Shown one piece after another: positions 11,351-24,630 of a stretch of DNA of 64,000 nt (positions within the stretch are counted from its first letter, which is position 1; each line of letters opens with the position of its first letter). Location of the stretch: the NCBI RefSeq assembly GCF_001194135.2, contig NC_068981.1:112423178-112487177 (forward strand), in the 5' to 3' direction. The notes beneath the pieces are model-generated. The model had not been told where the DNA came from. It ran no database searches and was given only the letters and a program-made list of their open reading frames with translations. Both the position numbers and the translations under genes were made by a program. The stretch is from Octopus bimaculoides (Eukaryota).

Positions 11351-12000
11351 ATAAATATATATATATGTGTGTGTATGTATGTATGCACATACTCTCATAA
11401 GCATGTGAGTGTTAAATGGAGTATGTAGTCTTTTAAGTTTATGTGCATCTCTATTTATTTTGAGATTCATATAAATGTTTGTCACTTTCTATATATTTAT
11501 CTTTTTGTTCTCTTTTTTTTATCATATTTTTTTTTGTTTCTCTTGTATGTTTCCCTTGTATTACAGTTTCCTGAGTACCATTTTGTACCTGACTATTTGG
11601 GTAGATCATTTTAAAATTAATTATGTATTATAATTACAAATTTACATAAACAATGATGTTTTATGTCAATGAAACAACTGCTGAACAATATGTGAAATTT
11701 GTTCTTTTTTACTTTTTATTCTAAATATATTGATCTCAACAATCATTTTAACCACCTCTGTATATTTCTATAAATTAGTTTCACTAGGATTTACTACATT
11801 GTAATAAATGTGTTGGAGATTAAGAATATATTATTGATTAAGCTCTTAATTCCCATGGGTTTTTTTTTTGTTCATACATCAATTTTATACATCCCTCTTA
11901 CACACAGACTTTCATAAATATATATGCAGTAATTAAATAACTTGAAATTAAATTGGCTAATAGATAAGACACAGTGACTTCATTTAATTTACTCTTTTAG

Positions 12001-12110
12001 GAATTTTATTCTGACCTCAAGAACAGCATTGGAGAAAAACAGAAATTGCCAAAAGATCTGGTGCTGCAATCTTTAACAGATGTTAGTACTGACATATTTA
12101 ATAAGCTCAG
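12001..12110 (+). CDS. CARMIL: CARMIL (LRRC16 family) internal exon, helical dimerisation region
   Basis: tcttttag|...|gttagt; phase 0->2; EFYSDLKNSIGEKQKLPKDLVLQSLTDVSTDIFNKL(S). Resembles, from memory, human CARMIL1 ...[36 protein letters not shown]. Confidence 0.82.
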
Positions 12111-14706
12111 GTTAGTTTTTTTATTATTATGGTGTAAATGTTTTACTACATGGAAGAAAAATATGTTTATACCATATTATAACTCTTTCTTTTAGTTTGA
12201 TGATCTTTTGAGTAAAACTATAGTTGCTCACTCTTACTATAAACAAATACCAGGAAAATTTGTGCAAAAGGTAGATTGTATGAAGCATGTATAATAAAGG
12301 TAATTCTGTGCTACAGTGGGATTTTGACATTGAATGTGGAAGCTCTGCATAATATGAATAAAATTGAGGCAAGCATAATCTCTTGGCTGTATGATATTAA
12401 GCTGCATGAAAAGCAGAGCACAAATGAGCTAAAAGAGCAACTAAATATTAAAAGCATCAGCCAGAATGTAAAGGAGAGACAGTGCTTGTTTGGAGAAGGA
12501 ATGTTGTGGTGAATATCTGTAAAAGAATGAGACTTTCCTGAAGTGATAAGTAAGGTAATTTTTTGCCAAAAAGTTAAAATCTATAAAAATGCTCATTTCA
12601 AGGTTAAAACCAATGATAAAAAACTTTTTTTATGATTAATCATCATAATTAATCACTTTCTAAAGTTATTGAAATTAAAATCGTGCAATAAAGTTAAAAT
12701 ATGGTTTAAAACTGAAGTTTCACTAAATATAAATTTTTTTAAATTAGATTTTTATGCATTGATTAAACCTAAATTTGATATATATTTCTGATAGCTTTTA
12801 GTATAGCTGTTGTATTGGACTACCACTTCAGAGCTATTTTTAGCACTCCCTATGGCTTGTCCTGCACTTCGATGTTGAAAACTATTTGACACCATGTACA
12901 TCCAGTCATTCAATCACAAACAAATGTCCAGCATGTCTGTATAGATTTTCAGTAAGACAAATTCTTACTTCAAGGTACTTTTACCAATATTAGTTACTGT
13001 CCTACCTGTGATCTGTTGGGTCACCAATAATTCAAGGTACCCAAAAAAAACCACGTATCTCGGGAATCCGTGGTCTGATTTACGCAAAACTTCTGTTATT
13101 CCATGTGTATTCACACTTTAATGGTACCTTACTTTCAAAGCATTTTCCCATTATACGTCGGTTTGGCTATTTATAAAGGTACCTGAAAAGCTGCGTATCT
13201 TGGTAACCCATGGTGCGATTTATATAAAACTCATTTTATTCTGTTTGTATTCATATGGGCATCCAATTCATGATGTCTCCTGCTATGGTCATTTTCCCTC
13301 CGTTTCGCCAGATGCTCAGCTCTTCAAGTGTCCAATTCCTGATCTCTCCTGCTTCTGTCCCTTTCCCTCTGTTCTGCCAGATGCTCAGCTCTTGCTTTAT
13401 CAGTCTCATTGACCCTTTTATTCACATGCCTGTTCCTATCGTGGGTAACTATTTCGTAAAGGACCCATTTGTACTTTGGTGTGAAATAATTTTTTCCACA
13501 GGTTTTTCGAGTGCATTCACTGCATCTCACCTCCAAACCTACTGCAAGTCATTTTCTTCTGGAAAAGAAAGGGGTGAGGGGTTGTAGGGACCTCAAAGTT
13601 TCCCAGCAACAGAGTTTTGTTTTGTGGGTTTTTTTTCTTTTCCAAGTTATTTTGCATACTTTCAACAAATGTGACATTCATATCACACATAAACGGCTCC
13701 TGACAGTTCAGGTCGTAAAGCATTGAAGCTGAATTGCATTGAAATGAAGGAAATTATTCATACTTGTCTTTGCCTTTTCCTTTCATGGTCTGATGTCGGA
13801 AAGAATATTTTCTCATTTTGACATTGTTACAGTTTGTTCGCAAGAATGCTTTTGATAACAACATTCTTAGTTGACATTTGATTATTTGCATCTTTTTTCC
13901 AATTCCGAAATCAGGCCTCTTTAAGAATAGAATTATTTATTGCCACCCAATTGTAAGTGCATTTACTTACAGTTTTAATTCTTTATGCTTGTTATTTAAG
14001 TATTGTAGATTTACCATTGAAAGTAAGTACTTTTCCTTGCTATTCTTTTCACTATACATAAATGTTAGCTGTTTCTCAATAATATTTGAATATTTTGTTT
14101 TTGTATCTGGTCTGCAAGATTCTTTATGTGAGTTCATGTGTTGAAACGAATTTCATTGTGTCTGGGGAGAGTCATACTGCCTTAATATCTAACACACTTG
14201 CCAGTTCAATTTCCACTCACTTATTATTTATATTTTTTTCTTTTCCAAATTTTTTGTTGCTTTTGCAACCTTGTCAATGGATGTTGACTCTGTTATTGGA
14301 ACTGCATTCCTTTTGTCTGTGTGCATGTGTGCACCAGCGTGCATGTGTGCTTGTGTATACACATATGTATAAGGTATTAGTATATATCAGGCAACATAGT
14401 AGTGGTCTAGTACAGAGTGATAACATGGTAACACTGTAGTACGATGGTGAGAGGAGTTGCAATGCTAAGAGAAGTAAAGCTAAGTTATGAAGAATGAACA
14501 GGTAGAAGGAAGTGATACTTGAGAAGTAGCAACTAGCAGTGGGATAACTAAAAGCTAAGAATGAAAGATGACAGAATTGAACAATGAAAAAAAACGATGG
14601 AAAATGTAGAAAAATGAAAAATTTAAAGATAACAAGAAGCTGAGATAGTGTGAGAAGTTTTAATATACCACCTGAACAGTGAGGAGGTCGTTGGAAATCC
14701 TCATTT

Positions 14707-16790
14707 GAAAATCCCAGAAAGTTTTTTTTTCTTCAAAAGTTCAAAAGGTCTAATAGTTTTTTGTTTTTTTGAGAGGTAGGTAGATAGATAGAAAGATAGA
14801 ACATATCCGGAAGCATGAATCTCAACAGGCACACATACTCAAACTTCCTAGCACACAACTCCTCCACACCACGGTTCTGTTGCCTAATAAAAACAAAGAA
14901 GCAACTCAAAGTATGTCTAATTGTCACCAGCACAAGATCCCCTCTCCAGAAGTTGGAATGGCTTGTAGCCTGGCTACCTAAGCCACTGCAGGCACAGATA
15001 CCAGCACACCTTGAGAACAGCTTGCAACTCATCGAACTACTATGTGAGCTCCTGCCCAGAATTGTCTCAAACAATGACTATGCTTTCAACCTGGATGAAT
15101 GGTCCTTGTATACCAGCATATCACTGGCTGAAGGCATTCTAACAATCCAAGAATGACTAGAGTGAGGCCAGAAGTTGGCCTCAGACTTTCCACCAGTAGG
15201 CCTCAAATCCATCCTAGATTTCTGCACTGCCAACACATACTTCCGGTACAGAAACACCACATACCAACAATGCAACAGCCTTCCAATGGGATCCTGATTC
15301 AGTGACATCCTGGTCACCCTTACCCTGGACAAACTGGAGTGCCAAGCACTCCACAGAGGACAACACATCACCCTATATCAAAGATACATCAATGATGCAT
15401 CTGTCTTAACCAAACCCAGGGATCAGGCAATCAGGATCCTTAATGTCTTTAACAGCCTCCACCACAACATCCAATTCAATGTTAAACACCCAGACACAAA
15501 TGGCTTACTGAGTCTCTTGGACTTCACATCAAGACATGCCACAATCCACTTCTTCAAGAAAAAAGAAAGACCTTTTTCTCTTTTTGGATTCAGCATATCC
15601 AAATACGTTGAAACATAATGTAGCCCTTAATGAGTTCATCTGCCACAAAAACAGACACAACGAAGCTGATGTAAAAGACAATGTAAGGGCAGATTTTATC
15701 TGGATGCTGTACAGTAGAGGATACAAGCTCAGGTTCATAGGGAAAGTGTGTAGCACTCTAAACACACGACAACAGCAAGCACCAAGACACCACAACAAAA
15801 TCACCTCCAGCAACAACAACAGTAGCAGTAGCAATGACGACAGCAATACAAACAACAACAACTACCAATGAACCAGTGGCATTAATAACAACAACAGAAA
15901 GAAAGGGGAAAGTAGACAAAGTGAAAGGGAAAGAGAGAATTGAAAAGGGTTAAATGGACATATGTGAACCTTCCATACTACAGAGAATGGATTGCAAACA
16001 AACTAAGGAACGATGTCAGAATCACAAGGCAAGGCCATATCCTCAGACACTACCTCTTCCACGACAACAACATACAGAATACATGTCTGAACCACTTCCT
16101 CATCAAAACCAAACAGCCAACAGGCAGCATCCAACTTAGTTTACAAACTAATGTAATATAGGAGATGACTTGTACTTGTGAAGATAAATATATTGGATTG
16201 ACTAAACGACACCTTCATGTCAGACTGGAAGAACATTTTCACAAGGCCATGACACCCAGTGCCATATTCCCACCCCACCAACGCTAAAATGGGGAGTTCT
16301 CTACCTGAATACTGGCCAGGGGAACAGATGCAGTCAACCTTCAAATAAAGGAGGCACATTTCATCAGGAAGAAGGTGCCCAACCTCAATTGCCAGAATGA
16401 ACTTAATGGCTGGAAGTTCATTTACTGCCTTTGAAGCCTCTAACTAGCACCAGCAGTAATAAATGCCAACAAACACCAGCAATAGTAAATGCCAATGCTA
16501 ACAGTAATAACCATGGAAAGTTTGATGAAGGATTATAGATCCAAAAGCACTTACTTAACCCATTAACTCAAGAACTAGCAACAAAGCTATATACAGACCA
16601 CATACCACCAGTAGGTCCCTTCTCTGTATCTATCTCTCTGTCTATCTGTCTATCTGTCTACCCCTCAAAGAATCATAAGATCTTTTAACTTTGAAGTTTG
16701 ATAAATGGAAAATATCTGTCTCTTTATTTACATCTCAAAAAACCATTAGACCTTTTGAACATTTGAAGGAAAAAATACCTTCTGGTTTCT
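14707..16790 (+). mobile_element. Penelope/Poseidon-type PLE (RT + GIY-YIG), decayed, with inverted terminal segments
   Basis: RT: TPRFCCLIK...SPLQKLEWL...HLENS...SLYTSI, GLPMGS-like SLPMGS, YQRYIND. GIY-YIG: NVIY...YIGLTKRHLHVRLEEH. 14707-14775 is the inverse of 16734-16790. Confidence 0.85.
16518..16556 (+). ncRNA. Degenerate hammerhead motif in the 3' region of the PLE
   Basis: Stem I AAGT/ACTT; TTGATGA (C3->T); extra A; stem II GGAT/ATCC with loop TATAG; AAAA (G12->A at a former CpG); located just downstream of the GIY-YIG region. Confidence 0.5.
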
Positions 16791-18199
16791 ATGGCTAGAG
16801 CCCTTACTCATGCCACCCTCTTCACAGAGTGTACTGGGTGTTTTTTCTGTATCACCTGCATGTGTATCTTGCAAGACAGAAAAGAAGAGAGGAAAAGAAA
16901 AAATCTGCTACTACTAAGAGCAAGTATTTAGGAGGGAAAGGTGGAGGTAGGTAGCTGTATGCCTGATGTTGAAAGACTAAAGAATGATAGAGGGACAAGT
17001 ACAGGTGTCCTGCTATAGAGGAGGTACACAGCTGAAAGAAATAAGAGGAAGATAGTGATGGCGTGCTAGAACAAACTCTCAAGGAACAAGGAAGTGAGCA
17101 TAAGAGAGGATGCTTTCATAAGAGTTTGAGGGGAGTAAACAGGTGGAGGTAGAAGTTAATTTAGAGGAGGATGAACTAGGATGAGGGTGCAGATGATGGG
17201 AAATAACCATTATGTAGATGGGTGAGGTGGGAGATATAGGAGTAGCCTGAGAAGAATAGAACAGAAAGTAATAGGATGATGTGCAAAATGTAGGAACAGT
17301 GGAGAAGGAGATGTAGAGATGATAGTAGATACGGGGGGGGGGGGGCATTGAAAATAACAGTTGAGGAAGGTGTTTTGAGTACCCAGAAATGGGGTGATTG
17401 GTTGAAATAGTGTTGGCGGTGATGATGAGGAATGGAAGTAGTTCAAAGTGGGGAAGGTGAGAGACCATTAGGGAGAAGATGGGATGTACCAATTCTGTAA
17501 GTGAGTGGAGAAAGGAGTGGGTGACAGGGCCTTGCATGTGCATTCCGGCTAAACTGAGTGGTTTTAGGATATCATTTTGGTGAGTGTATATGTATGTATG
17601 TATGCATGCGTGTGCGTGTGTATGTATCTATATATACATACACACACACACACACACACACACACGCATACATATTCATTTATGTATATAAATAAATAAA
17701 TAATGGCAACTGTTGTGGTCAATTCAATACTTGGATGTGTGTAATTACTGCTCATATGAAGGCAACATACCAAATATTGGAAAATTTCAGCTACAGAGAG
17801 TGTTAAGATTACAGATGAACATTTCTACATGTTTTAATCATTTGCAGCATATTTATACATAAGATACCTACATCATATCATATAAATACAGCACTGTAAT
17901 GTTACACACATAAACAAGTAAGCCAAGTAACATTTCTAAAGAATTCACAAGAAATACGGTGCTCAATATATACGTCTCAATACAAATGTAGAATTAAAAA
18001 TCTGAAAGCTATGAACAACTTTAAATTTAATTCTGACAAAACTTTTAAAGTAGATCATTGTCTATTCATAGATATTTGTATTTGTTTTTTTAAATAAACA
18101 TAGTCATCATGGCTAAACGCATGTCTCCTTTGACCAAATCATGACAACAATGGACCTGTAATCTTAACACAGACTTATATGAAGTACATCTACAATTTG

Positions 18200-19390
18200 A
18201 CTCCTCAAAAGTTTGGTTTTATGGAAAGGCTAAAAAATTTGGGGAATTCCAAACGCCCATGATTATATTTTCCCCCCAAATATTTAAATGGACAAGCAGA
18301 ATGTATCATTAGATGTAAATTGATGCATCTAACAGAAATGGCTGATTCAAAGCAGGCTGGCACTATAAAGCCAGCCATTGAAGATAATCCCACTTCCATT
18401 GTTGGACAGATAGGACAGTCAGCTAAACTTAGCAGTGAACAACACACAAATAATTTGACTGAAATCCATATCTATATAGTACAAACAGAAAACCAAAAAC
18501 TTGTGGACACTTTACAAGTGGTTTGAGATGATATGTTTGAACAGGTCCATAGCCTTATTTTGAATGACAGGCCTTATAACACTAGTATAAGTAAAGAACC
18601 CAATAAATTAGAATTAGAAGCTGTAAATGAAATAGCAAAAAAAATATATGAAGATCACACAGTCTTGAGGGATGAAAACAATCTACAAAATCATAAACCT
18701 TTTGCTATATGTCTCAGCTATTATATCTGAAAACCACACAGTCTTGAAGTATGAAACCAATCTATAGAATCATTAACCTTTTGCTATATGTCTCAGCTAT
18801 TAAATTATTAGCATATTGTGAAGAGTTGAAGCCACACAATTGAGATTCAAGCAGAAAGTCTGAAACCAGCATAGCACAGAACTTAAAAAATAAAATTTTA
18901 TTCACAGGTCATTGTAGTTATGAAATATAACACAAAGAAGAGCTTCACATGACATGAGGAAGATCTCAGAAAAAGTTAGAGAGGCAGTTAGGTGATAACC
19001 AGATTCAGAAGCCTAAATTCCAAACTGCACCAGTTGAAACAACTCACAGCTGTAGCTGAGAATCTAAAATATAAATCTACAGCATATAAACAGTAAATGT
19101 TCAATAAATTATTTGCCAGGGATCCCAACTCTGTTTATCACAGCTTCAATGAGGAAGGATTAATCTCTATAAAAGACACCCCTACAAATGATCAGGTTGA
19201 GGACTACTGGAAACCCAATGATGAATTCAACAAATAAGCTGTATGGCTAAAAGGACTGAAGCAGGACTACTGCCAGCATGAAATAGATAGCAAAATACTT
19301 GAAATAGTTATTCAGAAAATGTCTAACAGAAAATACCCAGGCCCAGACCTCATAACAAGTTACTGGCTGAAGAATTTCCTCTTTGATTGG
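18200..19390 (+). mobile_element. R4/Dong-like LINE N-terminal fragment, decayed
   Basis: Frameshifted remnants resembling the R4/Dong pre-RT region (RDPNSVY...IKDTPTNDQVEDYWKP; KYPGPDLITSYWLKNF). Confidence 0.55.
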
Positions 19391-19397
19391 CAAGATC

Positions 19398-19625
19398 AGG
19401 TAGCAAGCTGGCAGAATCATTAGCATGCTGGACAAAATGCTTAGCAATATTTCACCCATCACTACATTCTGAGTTCAAATCTGCTGAGGTCAACTTCACC
19501 TTTCATCCTTTCAGGGTTGATGAATTGAGTGCAGGTCAAGTACTTAGGTTGATATAATTAACTGGGGCCCTGTTTCAAAATTTCAGGCCTTGTGCCTATA
19601 GTAGAAAGGATTATTATTATTATTA
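19398..19625 (+). mobile_element. tRNA-derived SINE family B
   Basis: gctggcagaatcattagca...ttctgagttcaaat...gaggtcaacttcacctttcatcctttcagggttgat...gccttgtgcctatagtagaaagg(ATT)n; also at 24181, 24410 and 57065. Confidence 0.85.
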
Positions 19626-19699
19626 TTGATTTGACTCATATTTGGTCTTAGTCCTGGCAGGATTTAAATGGGTAGCAGGTTACTACCTGTAACCTTAAG

Positions 19700-22040
19700 T
19701 ACCACTAAATTTCAATAGTCTTTCAAGTGCTTAGAACCCTTCTGATAATCTTTCCTGTCCCTGAGAGGCAAATTTTCTGTAGAAGCTCTACAGGAAATTC
19801 TATTCCAATCACCTTCAACCATCTGTCTATATATTTGCATACAGTTCCCAATGCACCAGTTATTATAGGCACTACCTTCACACTTTCATGTTTCAAATTC
19901 TTACAATTTCAAATTTTAAGGGATTGTATTTTTTTTTTTCCTTTTCATCTTTTTTATGACCCTGGCATCAAACACATGATGAATCAATTAATAAGTAACT
20001 TCACTTTTCCTTGTCAAATAATTTTATGTTTGGTCTATTATTTTCTAGCTTCTTGCCTGTTTGAATATGAAAGTTCCACAAAATCTTACAGGTCTCCGAC
20101 TCTAACACTCTTTCAACCCGATGTTCATACCATGTGTCTCCAGCTTCAAATCCCCATTTTTGGCAAAGCTTCCAGTGTAAAACTACCTCCATTTCTTATA
20201 TTCCTCCTATGCCAACTTGGACATTCTGCAACAATGTGTGCCGCTCTCATTTCAAGTTCCACAAACTACATTTTTCTGACACATTTTCACTATGTAAATT
20301 TTTCCTTAAGTTGTTTGTTTTTATCACTTCATCCTGAGCTGCTACAGTTAGGCTCTCTGTTTCTTTTTTTTTAATTGCCCTTTTTTTAGCCAAGCCCAGG
20401 ATTTTGTTCCATACACATCTTACGTGGTTCTCTAGAATTGACCATACAGAGGTTTGTCCTCAGTCTGGCTAATGTGCTCTCTTTGAATTTCCTTCTTGTC
20501 CTTTTCTCTTGTCATCTGTTCCTTATTAGTCTTCAGTAGTTTCTCTGTGCTGTTCTGCAATTATTCTAGAACAGCGCAGTAGGCTTTTTCTTTCCATCTG
20601 TACACACTCGTCTACAGCAATTAAGCCTCTTCCACCCTGGTCTTGATATCAGCTTTCATATGGTGGGCTCCATACATTGTCAGCAGCTTTCTAGTTTTTC
20701 TGTCAAGTTTCTGTATGTTGTTTTTGGTCCAGTCTACAATTACATCTCCATATCTGACTGGGGATACTACTCTTGCATTTACTGCTTCAATATCATTTTT
20801 TGAATTCAGCTTTGACTGCAATAATTTTTCTCACTCTTCTTGTATACTCTCTACTGGTTATTTGTTTCATTTCTTCTTGTATTATTTCATCTGCTTCCAA
20901 TATCTCCAAATACTTATACCATTGTCCTTTCTCATCTGCTTTCATTGTTTGCTCATTTGGCATTTCAATTCCCTGGCTTCCTTCAAATCTTCCTTGTTTC
21001 ATTTTCATCCTAGTGCATTCCTCAATCCCAAATTCCATACTACATCATTTGAGAAGATGCAAACAGTATGTATTAGACTTTCAAGTTGTCTCTCATTTTT
21101 TGCATAACTCTTTAGATCATCCATAAAAAGGAGATGATTTATCTGATCATATCCGTTCCCCAAATTGTAAGCTATTTTGACTTTTCACAATATCAAAGCA
21201 AGTGGTATCATGACCAATGCAAATAGAAATGGAGATAAGCTATCACCTTGGAATATTCCACATCTGATGTTCACTTTCCCAAGTCTTTGTTTCTTTCCAA
21301 TGAATTCAGTATTTTAATGTTTTATACTTTCATTAACCATTTTCTCCATATTTTCTGCCACTCCAAATGTGCTCATTGTTTTATTTATCCAACTGTGTGG
21401 TACCATGTTATAAGCTCTTTTTGTAGTCTAACAATGCTACATGCAATCCCATCAATCTGTGTCTGTAATTTCTATTTATCATTTTATCAACTAATAAGTG
21501 GTCTTTTGCTACTACTTTGTTTCCTGCATCTTTTCTGCTCTTGCACAAAAGTGGTAAACAGGTTATAAGTTGAAAATTTGATGCCAAGTTACCTTTCAAG
21601 GGATCCTTGTGACATTACAGCATTCATGCACTTAGGGATGTAACCATACTGCAGGCATTCATCCACTTGTGCATCAATTCTTTCATGCAACTGTGTAAAG
21701 TTCTTCAGTCAGTAACCTAGGCCAGGTCCCTTCCAGTTTGCATTTTTTAAAACTTCAGTTTCACTGTATATATATAGATGGATTCTGATGTCCTTTTGTC
21801 TTGGCACAGTTTGCAAGTTGTCTTTCTGCCAATGTATACAGTGAGTTTCTTTGTCTAGGTGTCAGGAAAACATTCGGCAAGAAATGGAAACAAAATTGAA
21901 AGGTATGCTCATGTCAATCAATAAACAGACGTTATCATTTTGGTCTTTTACAATAATATCTGGTTTATTGGCATTGATGGTCCAGTACTGGAAAGTCCCA
22001 AAGAATTGTTACATTTTTTCCCTCAGTTACAGTCTCAGGG
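19700..22040 (-). mobile_element. R4/Dong-like (RLE endonuclease) LINE, decayed
   Basis: VALLDYKKS; FGIEEC...QWYKYLEILEAD; AVNARVVSPVRYG...KLDRKTRKLLTMYGAHH; VLESETCKILWNFHIQT...RPNI. Confidence 0.88.
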
Positions 22041-22086
22041 TAGTGCTTGTACCATTTGTCAGTAGTTTTGATTTTATAATACTGAC

Positions 22087-22087
22087 A

Positions 22088-22118
<31 letters not shown>

Positions 22119-22119
22119 A

Positions 22120-22158
<39 letters not shown>
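22087..22158. repeat. (ATT)n microsatellite
   Basis: Directly visible. Confidence 0.95.
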
Positions 22159-22164
22159 CATTGC

Positions 22165-24150
22165 CCCTGGGAACTTCTCTATGCTGACGACCTTCCACTA
22201 ATTGCTGAGTCACTATCAGAACTAGAGAAGTTTCAGGTGTGGAAGCAGGGACTAGAATCGAAGGGCCTTAGAGTCAACCTAGCTAAAACCAAAGTCCTTA
22301 TAAGTAGAAAGGNNNNNNNNNNTGTGGAAGCAGGGACTAGAATCGAAGGGCCTTAGAGTCAACCTAGCTAAAACCAAAGTCCTTATAAGTAGAAAGGTAG
22401 AGAAAACACAAACCACTTCAGGTAGATGGCCCTGCTCGAATTGTAGAAAAGGTGTAGGTAGGAACTCTATAAGATGTACCCAGTGCAAGCTATGGATACA
22501 TAAGAGGTGCAGCAATATCAAAGGCAGGTTAACTAGGATGTTAGTTTTTGTATGCGGCAGATGTACAGGTGCAATAAACACTGTAAATATGCAGAAAACA
22601 ACTTCTGTTTCATTCCAGGGAGAAAAACTAGACGTAGTTGATAGCTTTCGCTATCTGGGTGACCAAGTTAGTAGTGGGGGTGGGTGCGCTGAAAGTGTAG
22701 CTGCTAGAATAAGAATAGCCTGGGCAAAGTTCAGAGAGCTCTTACCCGTGCTGGCGACAAAGGGCCTCTCACTCAGAATAAAAGGCAGACTGTATGACGC
22801 ATGTGTATGAACAGCCATGCTACAAGGCAGTGAAACATGGGCTGTGACTGCTGAGGACATGCGTAAGCTCGCAAGAAATGAAGCCAGTATGCTCCGATGG
22901 ATGAGTAATGTCAGTGTGCATACCCGACAGAGCGTAAGTATCTTGAGAGAAAAATTGAACATAAGAAGCATCAGTTGTGGTGNNNNNNNNNNNNNNNNNN
23001 NNNNNNNNNNNNNNNNNNNNNNNNNNNNNNNNNNNNNNNNNNNNNNNNNNNNNNNNNNNNNNNNNNNNNNNNNNNNNNNNNNNNNNNNNNNNNNNNNNNN
23101 NNNNNNNNNNNNNNNNNNNNNNNNNNNNNNNNNNNNNNNNNNNNNNNNNNNNNNNNNNNNNNNNNNNNNNNNNNNNNNNNNNNNNNNNNNNNNNNNNNAG
23201 GCCTCACCGAGGCAATGACTTGTGACCGCGACCTTTGGAAATATGCTGTGCGGGAGAAGACCCGGCAGGCCAAGTGAGACCAAAATCCAAGGCCTCTGCC
23301 AGGGTTGTAGCCAGCCCACTTAGGCATAACATTCCTTTATTGGACACTAAACTCTGCTTGCGAAGACATGGTGAGGCAAGTGAAATCGAAATCAAACAAT
23401 ATTTATAGGAACACTAAACTCGGCTTGCGAAGAACTGTTGAGGCAAGCGAAAGCGAAATCATGATGGCACCTGTACCAGTGGAGCACTAAGAGCTTCGTC
23501 CGAGCGTGATCATTGCCAGAGCAGCTGTCTGGCTTCCGTGCTGGTGGCACTTAAATAGCACCAGCGTGATCGTTATCAGCATCACCTTCCTGGCACTTGT
23601 GCCAGTGGCACGTGAAAAGTCATTCGAGCGAGATCGTTGCCAGTGCTGATGGACTGGCTCCTGTGTAGGTGACACATAAAATACACCATTTCGTGCGTGG
23701 CCATGGATCGTTACCAACGTTGCCTTCCTGGCACTTGTGCCAGTGGAACGTGAAGAGACATTCAAGTGAGATCGTTACCAGTGCTGACGGACTGGCTCCT
23801 GTACAGGTGACACATAATACACCATTTTGAGCATGGCCTTTGCCAGTAAGACATCTGAGCGAGATCATTGCCAGTGCCCCTGGACTGGCCCTTGTGTAGG
23901 TGGCACATAAAATACACCATTTTGAGCGTGGCCGTTGCCAGTACCTGCCTGACTGGCCCTCGTGCCAGTGGCACGTAAAAGCACCCACTACACTCTCGGA
24001 GTGGTTGGCGTTAGGAAGGGCATTCAGCTGTAGGAACTCTGCCAAATCAGATTGGAGCCTGGTGTCGCCTCCTGGTCCACCAGTCCTCAGTCAAATCGTC
24101 CAACCCATGCTAGCATGGAAAGCGGACGTTAAACGACGATGATGATGATG
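22165..24150 (+). mobile_element. 5'-truncated RTE LINE with expanded 3' UTR
   Basis: WELLYADD, DSFRYLG...RIRIAWAKFREL, MLQGSETW; 3' UTR ending in (GAT)n at ~24150. Confidence 0.92.
23495..23990 (+). repeat. Tandem array of ~90-140 bp units in the RTE 3' UTR
   Basis: gagcgagatcgttgccagtgc...ggactggctcctgtgtaggtgacacataaaatacaccattt recurs near 23500, 23627, 23763 and 23857. Confidence 0.85.
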
Positions 24151-24180
<30 letters not shown>

Positions 24181-24182
<2 letters not shown>

Positions 24183-24630
24183 GGTGGTGAGCTGGCAGAA
24201 TCATTAGCATGCTAGGTGAAATGCTTAGCAGTATTTCATCTGTTTTCACGCTCTGAGTTCAGATTCTGCCATGGTTAACTTTGCTTTTCATCTTTTCAGG
24301 GGTTGATAAAATAAGTACCAGTTGAACACTGGGTTTGATGCCATCAACTTGTCCCCTCCACCAAAATTGCTGCCCCTGTGCCAAAATTTGAAACCAAGAA
24401 AAAAAGCAGCAAGCTGGCAGAATCATTAGCACACTGGGCAAAATGTGTAGCGGCATTTTGTCTGTCTTTACATTCTGAGTTCAAATTCCACCAAGATCAA
24501 CTTTTCCTTTCATCCTTTTGAGGTCAATAAATTAAATACCTGTGAAACAATGGGGGCCAATGTTATTGACTGTTCCCCTCCCCTTAAATTTCAGGCCATG
24601 TGCCTATAGTAGAAAGGATTATTATTATTT
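24181..24630 (+). mobile_element. Two adjacent SINE family B copies
   Basis: Units begin near 24181 and 24410, both with the family B head and core; the second ends in (ATT)n. Confidence 0.85.

Noticed and set aside
17771-17791. 21-nt minus-strand micro-exon candidate (AG|CTGAAAATTTTCCAATATTTG|GTATGT)
   Set aside because: Too short to distinguish from chance, and no partner exons were established.
19727-21568. Plus-strand ORFs of 100-215 aa rich in F/L/S/I
   Set aside because: Antisense shadows of the A-rich R4/Dong coding strand.
22238-22397. Direct 75-bp duplication in the RTE
   Set aside because: The copies flank a short N gap; this is a typical unmerged contig overlap.
23495-23990. Repeat array superficially like a CRISPR
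   Set aside because: No unique spacers and irregular unit length; it lies within an RTE 3' UTR in eukaryotic DNA.
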